In this document: piece by piece, positions 50,643 through 64,000 of the stretch | Layout: every line of letters begins with the position of its first letter | Position numbering within the stretch: position 1 is the first letter of the stretch | Source: Octopus sinensis | Lineage: Eukaryota | DNA: 64,000 bases | Direction: 5' to 3' | NCBI RefSeq assembly: GCF_006345805.1 | Contig: NC_043000.1 | Coordinates: 37,324,001 to 37,388,000 of the forward strand | The notes under the pieces: model-generated | What the model was told of the DNA's origin: nothing | The model's input: the letters and a program-made list of their open reading frames with translations, nothing else | The model's database searches: none | Made by a program: the position numbers and the translations under genes

Positions 50643-51418
50643 AGGCACAAGTGTGGTGGTGTAGTAAGAGGCCTCTTTCCCAACCACATGGTTATGGGTT
50701 CAGTCCCACTGCATGGCACCTTGGGAAAGTGTCTTCTACTATAGCCTTGAGCCAACCAAAGGCTTGTGAGTGGATTTGGTAGAGAGAAACTGAAAGAAGC
50801 CCATCTTATATATATTGTGGCACTCTGCTGGTTATGGCAACGAGGGTTCCAGTTGATCCGATTGACGGAACTGCCTGCTTGTGAAATTAACATGCAAGTG
50901 GTTGAGTACGCCACATACACATGCACTCTTAATGTAGTTTTCAGGGAGATTCAGCATGACACCAAGCGTAACAAGGCCAGCTCTTTGAAATACAGGTACA
51001 ACAGAAAGAGGAAGAAAGAGTGAGAGAAAGATGTGGAGAAACAACACAGCAGGGTTCACCACCACCCCCTGCCAGAGCCTCGTGGAACTTTAGGTATTTT
51101 CGCTGGATAAATACTCACAACGCCCGGTCTGGGAATTGAAACCATGACACTATGATTGTGAGTCAGCTGCCCTAACCACTGGGCCATTGCGCTTCCACTA
51201 TACATATATACATTTGTGTGTCTATGTTTGTCGCCCACCATCAGTGGACAACTGATGTTGTTGTGTTTATGTCCCCATAACTTAGTGGTTTGGCAAAAGA
51301 GACTGATAAAATAAGTACTAGGATTACAAAGAATAAGTCCTAGGGTTGATTTGCTCAAATACAGGCAGTGCTCCAGCATAGCCACAGTCAAATGACTGAA
51401 ACAAATAAAAGAATAAAG
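50643..51418 (+). mobile_element. Family A SINE, full length, interrupted by a nested SINE
   Basis: 5' half 50643-50806; 3' half about 51205-51418 ending gactgaaacaaataaaagaataaagaa. Confidence 0.85.
50814..51198 (-). mobile_element. Full-length tRNA-derived SINE (family C) nested in the (TA)n of the family A SINE
   Basis: Minus-strand head ggaagcgcaaTGGCCCAGTGGttagggcag...GGTTTCAATTCC (A/B-box-like), 3' end gagtgccacaata. Confidence 0.85.
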
Positions 51419-51544
51419 AAATTAATGATTTGGGAATGGTTAGATAAATAATAATGTTTGGCTAACAATTTGGAAATTGCTTGAGTATTATAACAAACAT
51501 CATAAAAGAGCACACAAAAGTGGCCAACTGAATGAAATCCAGTT

Positions 51545-51945
51545 TTATCCATATTCTACAGCTGGATGCCCTTGCTAATGCCAACCACTCTGAGAGTGTA
51601 GTAGGTACTTTTTACATGCCACCAACACAGGGCCCAGAGGAGGCTGGCAATGACCATGATCAGTTGGTGCTTTTTACGTGCCACTGGCACAGAAGCCAGT
51701 CAAGTCAGCAATGGCATCGGCCACGTTCAGATGGTGCTTTTTCTGTGCCACCGGCATGGGGATCAAAACTCCAATTTCCATTTGATTTTGATGTACTTGA
51801 CTTAATAGGTCTCCTCAAGCACAGCATGTCACCCTACAATCCAAGGTAATTTTGAGTGGGCTGGGGCTGGTTATGCGACACTGGTGTAAGTTACAGCTGT
51901 GAACTCACTTTATGTACCAGGTCTTCGCAACCACAGCATATCTCC
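51545..51945 (-). mobile_element. RTE 3'UTR fragment
   Basis: ctacagctggatgcccttgctaatgccaaccactc..., homologous to 44720-45090. Confidence 0.8.
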
Positions 51946-51984
51946 AGAGGTTTTGGTATTTCATCATTGCTTCTGTGAGGCCCA

Positions 51985-52196
51985 TGTTTGTGTGTTTGTG
52001 TCTGTCCCACCATTATCCCTTGACAACTGATGTTGGTGTGTTTATATCCCTGTAACTTAGTGATTTGGCAAAAGCGACCAATAGAATAATTATTAGGCTT
52101 ACAAAGATTATGTCCTGGTGTTGATTTGTTCAACTAAAGGCAGTGCTCCAGCATGGCTACAATCAAAGGACTGAAACAAATAAAGGAATAAAAGAA
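51985..52196 (+). mobile_element. Family A SINE 3' half
   Basis: gacaactgatgttggtgtg...gtgctccagcatggctacaatcaaaggactgaaacaaataaagg. Confidence 0.8.
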
Positions 52197-54779
52197 TTTG
52201 TGTTTAGAGTAAAGTTCAGGGATTCTATCAATGACCAACATTGTTGAAACAGTTGAGGGTAAGGAAGAGTTTAGCTAAGCAGGATTTAACTGCCAGGTTC
52301 AAGTGGATATTGAAGAAATGTTTAAGGACAAAGAACCCATCATTACAAAGGATGATATCATACAGGAATAGGAACTCTGAGGGTTCAGCAGAATGAAAAG
52401 GAGTTGGGAAAATTGAAGACATGCTTTACATAACTGTATAGTGTTTCCTTTTTGTTGGTTCTTCTCCCTCCACTGAACATTTTTCAAAGTTGCTACCATA
52501 ATTTTTGTCTTTATCTCTCTTGGACCCTTTCCACTTTCTATCACAAGCATTTGTTACCTCTTGCTCTTCCTTCATTACTTCCCATCCCTTATCTTCCCCA
52601 ATGCTGAGTCCCAATTTATCCATCAATATACTTCTTTTCTTTCTCACAAAGGTGTTTCTAGCCAAAATATTAATCTTCTCTTCTTCCTCTCACCACATAA
52701 AACTTATTCTACTGTTTGAATTATTCGTATTACTTTATGTGAATTCCGAACATCGCTAGTTTTCTCACACTACTGTTTTGCTAAGCTCCATGTGTTTATT
52801 CAAAATTATCTATTACCTATTTAGACAGCAGTCAATATTGGTGATTCTCTTGCTACCTATATCAGCGACAACCAGTCAGTGCATACATTTTTATGAATAA
52901 ATGTCCATATTTCTGTTTATATTTGCATCAGTGTGTTTGTCTTTCAATAACTAAAGATTCTATCTTTCACAAAATACTGAGACAAAATAAATTTTCTGAA
53001 ATTTCTCAGAAAATATTTTCATTATGTATATATTTTATACATTTTTCTTTCTCAGAAAAGGGTGTTGAAATTCTATTAAATATTTACACAAAAAAGAATT
53101 AATTTCTCTTGCTTTGAATATCATTTTTCTTTTTACTTTTGTGTTATTTACGTAGATTTTTACGGAATTAGAATTGCAAAATAATCTCTGCAATACAATT
53201 TCAAAATTATTCATTGAAATCAAATTGGATGCTGTTTTTTTTTTCATTTGTTTTCTGTCTATAATTTTACATTAATCACCTTCTACCATTTAAAACTTTC
53301 AATCATTCTGTTTATATAATTAGTATAAGAGTAGCAGAAAACTAAGATGATAGAAATATTATGGCTCAGAACTAAATATATTCAGTTTCATAACACAAAA
53401 TTATGTCTTCAAATCCTGATGCAGTTTACTTTAAACTTTCATCGAACTTTGGGTTGATAAAAAAAACCTGTCAGTAGTAGAGTGGAATCTATTCCAAACT
53501 AACTCTCTCTCTCTCTCACACACACACACAAACATACATACACACATGCATAATGTTCATCTACTTATCGCTTGAACAAACATATAAAAGCAAGAAACTT
53601 GGAGTCAGAGTGAATCTTTATGGTTTAATGTATAAACTCCATGTATTGAGTACTCTTTCTACATACTTCACATCCAATTGTGTGTAAAAAACACTCATCC
53701 ACACTCCCTAAGTGTATCAATAAAAACGGAATCCAAGCAGAGTGGTGGTGATTTTCACTGGCAGAGCTTGTGTTATTTGGAAAAAGAGACAGAAAGACCA
53801 CAGTACAATTGCCATGAGGAATGGAGTATCCAATGATTCAGACATAATCCTTCTGGGTAAAGCAGATGGGCCTAGCAGTAGTCTCTCAAGCATTGTGGAA
53901 GTCAAGCTACTGTCTTTCTATTTCTCCCTGCTATCAGCTCTTACCTGAAGAAGGATTTATAACTGAAATGCTGGATACTCCATTTACCACAGCCGTTGCT
54001 TTTATGAATGTGTGTGTGTGGAATGATAGCATGCATACAAAGTTCACATAATCACATAGTTTCCCCCTTTCCTATCACAATGTATGGCATCTTTGGCAAC
54101 TGCTCTCTGCTGTAGCTGTTGGGTAACCAATGCTGAGTTGAATTGGTAAATGGAAACTGCACAGAAGCCTTTCATATATGTGTGTACATCTGTGTGTGTG
54201 CGTGTATAGATAGACAGATATAATTTATTTGTGGATTAACACAGCAACCAATGGTTTCATGTGGAAAAGACATCCAAAGTTATTCAAGTAGTTTATTTGG
54301 AAATGCTGGTACTCATTTCTATTTTGGATGAGAATACAGAAGGTTATGAAAGACTGAGATTTCAAAATTAATGAATAAATAAATAAATACACATATCAGT
54401 GGATGTAACTTATAAGAATTTCTTAATTGCTATTTTCCTTGCATTGGCCCTAGATTTTTACAAAAATTTGTGTTCACTATATATAATTAACTCCCCAATA
54501 CATTTTATTGATGTTTGAACATGTGAATATTATCATTTATGAGATTTCAAAGGTTTTTAGATGCCTAACTTGGCCCCTCATGTTGTAAGTTCATAAAAAA
54601 TCTAAGTTCATATACACATATTTTTGTGAATCATGTGATGTAATGAATATGTGATATGCATAAAGAAAATCTCCCTGAAAGTATATGGCTAATGCATACT
54701 GTGCATATAATTGATATTCAAATATTTACCTAGGTTGGATGAGTGACAAGGTGGGTGAGGGGTCATGCTTGAACCTTCA

Positions 54780-55990
54780 AAGTATGATTGCTGTTTATGC
54801 ATGCAAGAGAATGTTTCTTTCATGATGTTCAAAATGTTCACTGTTAATGTTACGGTATTTAACTTTTCTGTGATCACATTTGCTACCTTGTCTCCTATCT
54901 TTGTTGGCCTTAGCTATGGTACTCCAATTTATATGGGTTTGGTCTAAGCTCTCGTTAAGGGTCCATACTATGTTAAATAAAAATGTTGTATGACTTTTGT
55001 TCTTAAATTGGAACAAAGCCAAGTGCTGCATATATCTCCTCTTGAAAGTGTTTCCTGTCATTCCAGTGTAAGGTTTTGCTTTTCTGTTCAAGTCTGTAGT
55101 GCTGAACTTGGACACCAGTTCTTTTTCCAGGTATGTATTGCTCAAGGGAAATTTATTGTGGATTTACAATTACAAGATATTTGAGAGGTGTCCCTAATAT
55201 CATCATTCTTCTCATGACTGAAAATAATTGCTCCTATGTTGGGGAGACAATTATACCTAACATTAACCACATTTTTTTTTTTTGGAGATCTTGTGATGAT
55301 TCTGTGAGTTGTGGGAAGTGAGTGTCTATAAGTTTCAGAAATTTTCTAACAATACTTATTTCCACATTCATGTTTTGTGGATGATTATACCATAATATGT
55401 CTAAGAAATTAACTTCTTTGGTTAGCGCTAATTGTAGATTTTAAATTGAGTTGACTAAATATTTTGCAAAATTTCTTTCTTATCACATCCATATCATGTC
55501 CATTTTTGTCATCTACTACTCCTTGACTATCATACTTATATAATTCTATGCTGGCTTCTATTTCATTGCTAGATAAATATAAGATGTAAAGGCTGACCAT
55601 TTCTGCTATCTGTTCTCCATGGCTTCCCATAACAACATCAAATAGTTCATCTTCATTCTTTTTCATCCATTACATATTATCATGAAATAGCAATTACTAC
55701 CTTGTGCTCCTTATAATGTCTATATCAGTTTTAGTGATGGTTGTATATGCTTTAAAAAACATCAGTGATTTTTGGTGGAAATGTTTGAAGATTGGTGGGC
55801 AAAACTCCACAATGTTGAACTGGACAAATTTACATTTGGGTTTATCTTTAATTTTCTTGAATCATTCTATGGTTTCACTACTATATATCTACTGAGGACA
55901 GTTTGAGGAGACTCTAATGTGTCATTTGATATTACCTAGATTTGCTAATAATGCATATTTCATGTTTTGAGAGATTTATTACACTACAAC
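54780..55990 (-). pseudogene. Decayed Penelope-like element: RT plus C-terminal GIY-YIG endonuclease
   Basis: RT: KCKFVQFNIVEFCPPI, LFDVVMGS, ELYKYDS (cf. FDIxEFYPSI, FDVTMGS, GLYRDDG). Linker SCNCKSTINFPL. EN: KPYTGMTGNTFKRRYMQHL...INWSTIAKA. Multiple stops and frameshifts. Confidence 0.9.
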
Positions 55991-56269
55991 TAGGGCTTTG
56001 TGTAAAATTATCTTTATGGTCCTTCAAGGTTACAAAAAGTTTCCATAAGAAGAGTTGTTCCACTCTCTCTTCAATCTTAAATTTCATGCAAATTGATTAA
56101 TTATGATCAAAGGATTTGGGTTTTTTTTTAATGTTTTACTTATTTCATTCTTTAACAGGAATAACTTTGAAGTGACTTTGAAGTTTTCACCCAGTTTTGT
56201 CAATCTGATGCAAAATCACTTCAATATATTTTTTGTTATTCTTGTTTAAGAATAATATATATAAGAATA

Positions 56270-56318
56270 CATATATACATGGACATATATACATATATAT
56301 ATATACATATGTATATAC

Positions 56319-56355
<37 letters not shown>

Positions 56356-56426
56356 AATATATATACATGTACATGTAGATATATAGATATATATATACAT
56401 ACATGTACATGTATATATATATATAT

Positions 56427-56465
<39 letters not shown>
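56270..56465. repeat. Long compound (TA)n/(TACATG) microsatellite
   Basis: Directly visible. Source of four artefactual YIYI ORFs. Confidence 0.95.
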
Positions 56466-56468
<3 letters not shown>

Positions 56469-58569
56469 GGGTATAGGGAATAGCGTAGGTACATACATGC
56501 TACATAAGTTTAATATACATTTGAGTTCTTGTATAAATTTATTTTATGTTGTTTATTTCTTATTTCAGTGTTTGCATGTAGGACTTTCTGAGATCGTTTA
56601 TCTTGCTAATGAGTCTTGATTGCATATCCTTAATGTTATTTCTCCCTTTTACTCCTCTTTATACCTCGGCACCTTAGCTTCAACTTTATTACTCTGCATT
56701 GATAAATATTCATCCCCTTTGTTTGCTCCCCATTTCTCCCCCGCTGACCACAATTTTTCCTTTAAGAAGCTGACCTCCTTAGGCCACCCCTTTCATCTCA
56801 AATGTGGCTTTCTAGCTGATAAGGAATTTTGCTGTTTGCTTAACCAAGCCTTGCTTCCACCCATCTTTCTACTGTCTTTAGAATAGTAATTTCTTCTTGG
56901 TTCGTTAAATCTAAATAAAAGTATTTGAATAAAAGGGAACTGAATGTGAATGTAATGACCTAAAGTTACATAACTTCTGCTTGGCTTTTCCTTGCTAAAA
57001 TATGTAGTACATATTAACTTACTCCATTCCCTACAGCCAATGGTTTTATAATCACAAAGTTAGCAATTATTGTTGCCAAAATTTGGAGTTGTATAGAAGT
57101 TCTCATGTTATTGGAGTTTCCATTGAATTTGATATGGAACAACCTATATGACATGCTGATTAATTAACTTTGTTGATTGTGTATTATCTGCATTGTGTTA
57201 TCTATATAAGCTGTGTATATGCATGAGGCTAACAAACATCCAGTACCAAGACATCCAGTACACACACACACACAATCTGATGTGTGTGTATGTGCATGAC
57301 TGTTGACATTCTGCATTTTCACATGTCATCTTGAGCAATATGGTGATGTCATATTTACATTCCCTGCAAACACACTGCATCCTGTATCTCTGTGCTTTCA
57401 AAGACTAGTTGAGTATATGATACCATGAAAAACAAGTAAAGTTTGGTAACAAGAACCATAAAATATAGTCATGAATGAATCTTTTTCTGTTCAACACATA
57501 CCAACATAGAAAAATAAATGTAAAATAAATTATATATAATTTAATTATTTGGATTTTATAAGTATAAAAGTTTGTTTTTTTTGCCATATTTCTCTGCTCT
57601 ATTTGCTACATACATATCTGTATTCCTATCTAAAAGCAACTTTTGCTCAATGTATACATACACTTGCAAACATACATTCACACGGATTTCCTGCATAGGT
57701 ATAACGTGAGTTTTTATACATACACATAAATATATAAAAATATTGATTTTATTTCGATGAGACACATTACTAATTTGGGTTGAGGAGAGATCACAGTCAT
57801 TTGACTCATCTTCAGTATATTACTGACACTTGTTCTATCAAGGCTATAATGATGAAAGGCAAAGATGACCCCAATGGTATTTAAATTTGCAGTATAGGTT
57901 ACCAAAACTAAATAATGTACAAGTACATCATTATTCCCAGGCACAGATTTTAGATTGTACCACTGTAAACAATTTTTTGCAAATGTTCAAATGTAAATAT
58001 TACTTGAAAAATACTTCAAAGAAGGAAGCCTCTAAGTGGTTGTTTGGTCTGTTAGAAGTAGCAGTCAAACCTCCCTTAAATCACATTCTGCCATCTTTTT
58101 AGAGAAGGAAGGATACACTCGAGGTCGGGATCAAGATAGATATAATGTCTGAGTGAAAGTTATGATAATAATAAGTGCTAGAATGGTTTTGATCACAGTT
58201 CTGCTTCATCTGAGTTGACTCAGGCTAAATAATAGAATTACAAATGTATTTGTAAAATTCAAAATTATGTGAATTTGGTTATGATGTGGCTCTGCTTTTA
58301 ATAGCTGAAATTAATAATCCTCTTATATGATGTAACTCCAGAATGTACTCATAGCCTTGTTCTTTGTTTTCTATTTTTTTAAGAAATCATCATAATAGCA
58401 CAGCAAATTTTAAAACACATAAAACAAAAAACAAGCTATTAGGTAAACTAAAATACAAATATTTCTATCACTTAAAAGTCATCAAAGTCTGATTCAACAC
58501 CTAATTCTTCAAATAACTACAGTCATTCTTTTTGATTTGAGTTTCTTTACTTGCATCTTCGCATGCAGC

Positions 58570-58775
58570 ATCCATCATTATCATCATGCTGGCATGGGTT
58601 TGACGATTTGACAGAGGACTGGTGAGCCAGAGGTTGCACCAGGCTCAATCTGATCTGGTGAATTTTCTACAGCTGGTTGCCCTTCCTAACGCCAACCACT
58701 CCAAGAGTGTAGTGGGTGCTTTTACGTGCCACTGCCATGAGGGCCAGTCAGGCGGTTCTGGCAACAACCCCGCTC
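58570..58775 (-). mobile_element. RTE 3'-end fragment
   Basis: catgctggcatgggtttgacg...ctacagctggttgcccttcctaacgccaaccactcc. Confidence 0.8.
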
Positions 58776-59404
58776 AAAGGTGTTACATAAATTCACACAC
58801 ATATGATTATATGTATATACATATATATTTATATGTATGCATATGCCTACATATATATATATATAGAGAGAGAGAGGGTGATTGAAAAGTATCTAACTAT
58901 TTTCAAATACTTATAAATTATTTATTAATTGTAATTTTTTTCTAAAACTCTTTGTGCTTGTTTTTTTTTTTGTTTTGAAATATGATGAGAATTTAATTTG
59001 TAATTGTATTGCTCTTGTCATTTGTGAATGGTTGAAAGCCCACTACCTCAGGTGATGGATGGATTATTGTGGTCTACATGAGTAGCTAGCCAGAAGTCCT
59101 GACTTCACACCCTGTAACTTCTTTCTTTGAGGTTAGTTAAAGGAACAATCTACTGTACCAAACTTGAAGGGCAAATATGAGAAGTTATGTCTTCTTCCAT
59201 CCCACAAGAGTTTCTGGTGAAATCGGTTGATGCAATTTCTGGGCGACTCAAGTAGCTGGTGGTGACACCCAAAGTCCATATTGAATTTTAAATAAAACTT
59301 CATACAAAAACATTTCATTTCACATCCATTTTTTGTAAAAATTACAAAAATTACAATGAATAATTTATAAGTATTTTAAAATAGGGAGTTACTTTTCAGT
59401 CTCC

Positions 59405-59452
<48 letters not shown>

Positions 59453-59456
<4 letters not shown>

Positions 59457-60010
59457 TCATTTAACATCCACCTTCCATGCTGGCACGGGTTGGATGGTTT
59501 TCCAGGAGCTGGCCAGGCAAGAGATTGCACCAGACTTCTGTGTCTGTTTTGACAGTTTTTACAGCTGGATGCTCTTCATGAGGCCCAATGCTCGAAAGAT
59601 GATTTTTACGTCCCACCTGCACAGGTGCTAGTTATGCAACACTGGCATTGGCCAAATTTCCTCCGTGAGGCCCAACACTTGAAAGGTGCTTTTTACATGC
59701 TACCAGCATGAGTTATGTGACACCAGCATCAGTCATGACTACGATTTCACTTGTCTTGATGGGCCTTCTCAAGCACGGTACATCGCCAAAGGTCTCAGTC
59801 ACCAGGCATTGCCTCCATGAGACTCAACATTCAAAGATCATGCTTCACTACCTTGTCCCATGTCTTCCTGGGTCTACCTCTACTGTAGGTTCCCTCCATA
59901 GTTAGAGATCAGCACTTCTTTACACAACTGTCCTTGTCCATATGCATCACATGACCATACCAGTGCAGTATTCTCTCTTGCTCACCACATTTCATGCCCC
60001 TTATGCCCAC
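59453..60010 (-). mobile_element. RTE 3' fragment (tail, UTR, end of ORF)
   Basis: catcatttaacatccaccttccatgctggc...; ccttgtcccatgtcttcctgggtctacctc corresponds to RGRPRKTWD. Confidence 0.8.
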
Positions 60011-60869
60011 AAAGTGTTTCATAACCACAGACCAAAATACAGGATGTATTAGTTGTTGCTAACATAACCATTTAATTTTTTCTAAATTGTGTATAATACT
60101 ACCTGTCAATTCTGACCCTCATTTTACATTTTCCCAGGCATAGAAATACATTGCAGTAAGTAATGAAACAGTAGAATCCAAAGAATCTGGTGATGGACTG
60201 TTTTATCAGATTGTAATACAAAAGTTTAAACGGTAAATTAAATTCTATGCCAAGACAAACAGAGACACTTATTGCTTTCCATTTGCTGAAATGAAAGTCT
60301 ACTAGTGAGGTATATTGAATATGTAATGTAACTGGGATGATTTCATTCATCAGTACAACTTCCAGTGGAAAAGTAGTTTGAGTTATATTAGTTTCTTTCA
60401 TTTAGGTACAAAGGTTACCCTATATTTTAACATGCCTTAGTCAATAGTGATATCAGCATGAAGTGAAGTGGTTTTAATTGGAAACTGAAACTACATTGCT
60501 TTGGTTCACAGGGAAGTTCCTCATTGTTCAAATTAAACAGATCTGTAATCATCTATAACTATCTGAGCTAGCTTTTACAAATCTTATAACAACATTAGCA
60601 CTTCATTATCTAATGTGTCCTGCAGCAGGGTTGTTGGGGAAATTTGGCTGCTTTTTCTAACAAGGCATGAAACCACTTAAAAGCTTCGCCATCAAATCAC
60701 TAATACATATGTAAACAATGCAATAAAAATAATGAAATGTTGCTATTTCAGCAGTAATTAGACCCCCCCCCCCACACACACACACCATTTTCTGGCTGAT
60801 CAAGTATGATGGAGTATATGGTAAGGTTGTTTTCAGAGTTGCAACATATTCCCATCAAAATATCATAAA

Positions 60870-61450
60870 ACTAAAACAAACATTGTTGCTCATTTTGAAT
60901 AATATAGTATGTTAGCACTCAGAAATTCTCTGCAATATTCGTAACTTCATTTCCAATATACTGGAGGTTGAACCTGGTTATGTTTCTTTTGGGGTTCAGG
61001 TACTGAACCAGGTGATGTTTCTGTTCTGGCTTCTGGTACTGAATGATACTTATTTTGGGGAACATTTTGACTTCATCATTGTATGTACTCTTTTTTAAGA
61101 CATAATTACATTTATAGATAAGATAGCTATTTTTTCACAATGAAACACGCTACAGATATTTTCTATTTATATTCATTCCAGACCTTTTAAAAGAGATTTT
61201 TGTAGAAGTTTATGTTTCATTTTTATTCACTTACATTTCTTAGTCTACCAATAAATCTTAGATGTTGTTGTGAGTGTTTAGGTTTAAGTGAAGCCTTTAT
61301 TATCGATATGTTAGGGTTGACTTCTTTGTAATTTTGTGATATTGTGATCCTTAAATAATGTGTAGTCCTACATACTGAATCCAATTTTTTTTTATATAAA
61401 ATGGATATTTTGACCTGCCTGCTTGCATAATCAACCTTATTTGAAACTGC
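60870..61450 (-). pseudogene. Second, more decayed Penelope-like RT/linker fragment
   Basis: PKRNITRFNLQYIGNEVTNIAENF matches the linker motif RKRNIIWFNPPYSxNVxTNIGxxF of the same PLE type as 54780-55990. Confidence 0.55.
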
Positions 61451-63104
61451 TCAAGCTAACATCAAACAGCTTGTCATTATGTTTTTTCCTTCAAGTGGAG
61501 TGGTTCTGGAAGAGAAGATATTTGCTTGCATGCATTTTAATATTGAGTTCGTTCTTGTTAAGAATGAAAAATTTCCTGCTGAATTTAAAAAGCCTCTAAA
61601 CTTAGAAAAATTAAAATCTAAAATGATGCTATTTTACATTGCTGATTGCTTGTTATATTTATGAATAAGTTGATTATAACTTTTGTTGTTTACCAAACGA
61701 AGCAGGTCCAATGTATTCATAACTGTGATGTTGATGCCACACATTTTAATATGCTTCATAATTATTTCAACATAGCCGTAACATTTCAAGAACACTAATA
61801 ACAATCAGCATTGCTCTTGCTCAGCAAGTGATTTGATCTGAGTGAGACTATGTGTTGAAATTGAAGCAGGTGTATCATGAAAGTCATTTTAGCTATGCAA
61901 AACAGACAAAAACTGTTGTATTCACTTTTTAGCTTATTTTGTGAAATGTCAGAATCAATGCCATCCCAATGAGACCAGGTCACCTACATTCTTCCATTGC
62001 AATTATCTGAATTCTTGTTAAGGATAAGTCCTCATAATCAAAAGATCTTTGCCCCAACACATTAAATTTATGGACATATGTTTGATTTCTTGACACTGGC
62101 TATCTATAAGTTTCTCTAAGCAATAAGCTTCAAACAGCTGCAGTGAAACTGTATCAGTAACGAAATCAAAATATCATAACACAAATTTTGAAACCTTCCA
62201 AAATAAAAGGTGACAAAAGTCTATCTTTTATTTTATCTTTCTTTCCAAATAACTGAAAGGTTTCTTCCACAATATAATTGATAAAAAGAAATTCAGAAAA
62301 AGTTATTATTAATAAACACACATGACTAAATTTCAATTGCTTTATATTTTATCACTATAGAAGTAACCTAATATTATTTTGTTTCCTTGATTGTAGCACC
62401 AGTATTTTTATGAATACTATTATTTCAGTGATTATCTCCATACACATACACACACACACTCACACTCACACTAGAAACTCCACTGCATCGAATTTGACGT
62501 TTTCTTCAGCATACCTCTGTACAGTGAGTATCAAAGTCACCATGTAGACTTTTGATATCATTATGGACTTTTATAGTTTTTAATACCTTAGGATCATGAG
62601 TATAGGCATGGAGAATAATTGTACTGACACTGAAAATGAAATCATTACTCTGCAGTACACTATTCCGGATAAATGACTATTTAGAGATGGCACCGAATGT
62701 GTGTGTGTGTGTGTTCTTGATAATCTACAATTTGTATATCTAATGACATTTGTACATAAACTCATAGAATTCTGTCAAAACTTTTCTCAAAAGCACACTC
62801 CTGTAATAATTCAGAAACAGAACAGAAATGAATGATAGAAAAGGGGATTAGAGTTTTATCCTTTACATAAGCAACTTCCTCACTTCCATCAGAATGAATG
62901 TAAACAAGGCCAGTATGATTCTTGTGATATCATGTGTTTCAAGACTAGCTGACTGATGCAGTCCTGTGTGGTACTGTGTCATATAGCTGGTTATTAGTTA
63001 ACTAGCTTAGGTCATTTCTGTTCTCAATAAATTTAATAGTAACTGATCATTGAGGATTATTTACCTCTGGCTTTTGTTCTTTTGTTGATGTATGTACATC
63101 ATCA

Positions 63105-64000
63105 TCAGCAGCAGCATCATTTAATGTCCATTGTTCATGCTGGCATGGGTTGGACAGTTTGACCAGGGCTTAATAGTTTGAGGAGCTTCACCAGACTGCA
63201 GTCTGATTTAGCATGGTTTCTATGGCTTGATGCCCTTCCTAATGTCAACCTCTCCAAGATTGTAACAGGTTCTTCTACATACTACCAGCATGGGTGCCTG
63301 TCGCATGGCATCAGTATCTGCCATGGCTACGATTTCACTTGGCTTGGCTTGATGGGTTTCCTTCTCAAGTACAGCATATTTCCAAAGGTCTTGGTCATTT
63401 GTTATTGCCTCTGAGAGGCCCAACACTCAAAAAGTGAATTTTATGTGCCACCGGTATAGGTGCCAGTTATGCGACACTGGCATCAGCTATATTGCCTCTG
63501 TAAGGCCCTACACTCGGAAGGTGCTTTTTACATGCCATCAGCATGGGTGCCAGTTAAATGAGATCAATATTAGCCATGACTATGATTTCACTTGGCTTGA
63601 CAGGTCTTCTCAAGCACAGAATATCACCAAAGGTCTCGGTCACTACTCATTGCCTCTGTGAAGCCCAACATTCAAATTTCATGCTTCACTACCTTCTCCC
63701 ATGTCTTCATGGGTCTACCTCTACTACAGGTTCCCTCCACAGTTAGAAATTGGCATTTCTTTATGCATAGACATCACCTGACCATACCAGTGCAGTCATA
63801 TTTCTTGCACACCACATCTGATGACTCTTATGCCCAACTTTTCTCTCAAGACACCTACATTCTGTCATATATGCACACTGACACTGCACATCCAGCGAAG
63901 TATGCTAGCTTCATTTCTTTCAAGCCTACACAAGTGTGGCCACAGCCCATGTTTCACTGCATGTAGTACAGCTGTTTACACACATGCATCATACAGTCTG
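63105..64000 (-). mobile_element. RTE 3' fragment running off the window edge
   Basis: Tail catcatttaatgtcc..., UTR subrepeats, ctcccatgtcttcatgggtctacctc (GRPMKTWE) and upstream RT C-terminal sequence. Confidence 0.85.

Noticed and set aside
51120-51198. tRNA gene
   Set aside because: A/B-box-like head continues into a SINE body and the cloverleaf is degenerate. It is a SINE head.
53938-54009. Candidate 72-nt exon LLPEEGFITEMLDTPFTTAVAFMN after a strong polypyrimidine acceptor
   Set aside because: Weak donor (gtgtgt in a TG repeat) and the protein is not recognised. Phase-compatible with the candidate at 62475-62523 but unsupported without RNA-seq.
62475-62523. Candidate 49-nt exon KLHCIEFDVFFSIPLY with a gtgagt donor
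   Set aside because: Acceptor lacks a pyrimidine tract (CA repeat upstream). No recognisable homology.

Overview
AT-rich, microsatellite-dense eukaryotic DNA. The repeat families (RTE LINEs with (ATG)n tails, tRNA-derived SINEs with internal (TA)n) look like an Octopus/cephalopod genome; this is inference. No host protein-coding gene can be identified, so the window is probably intronic or intergenic, and most ORF-track entries are microsatellite or repeat artefacts. Supported content: a 5'-truncated RTE LINE with an open RT C-terminal frame, an embedded PHD finger and a 5x reiterated 3'UTR (2330-5236); many RTE 3'-end fragments and SINEs; a full-length, nonsense-inactivated Tc1 transposon with DD36E spacing (39707-40985); an internally deleted hAT element; and decayed Penelope-like (RT + GIY-YIG), CR1/Jockey-like and L1/Tx1-like LINE relics. 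The most notable signal is unannotated. Several short non-coding elements inserted in (TA)n tracts carry hammerhead ribozyme (HHR) motifs and are built as fold-backs. These are a 459-bp palindrome with two divergent type-I HHRs (9039-9497), an older twin-HHR fold-back (12394-12812), a 362-bp-period element with a U3-A8 covariant HHR (5559-6214), and minimal or decayed HHRs. There is also a possible HDV-like ribozyme relic at the 5' end of an RTE fragment. All structures were folded by eye and none has been tested.
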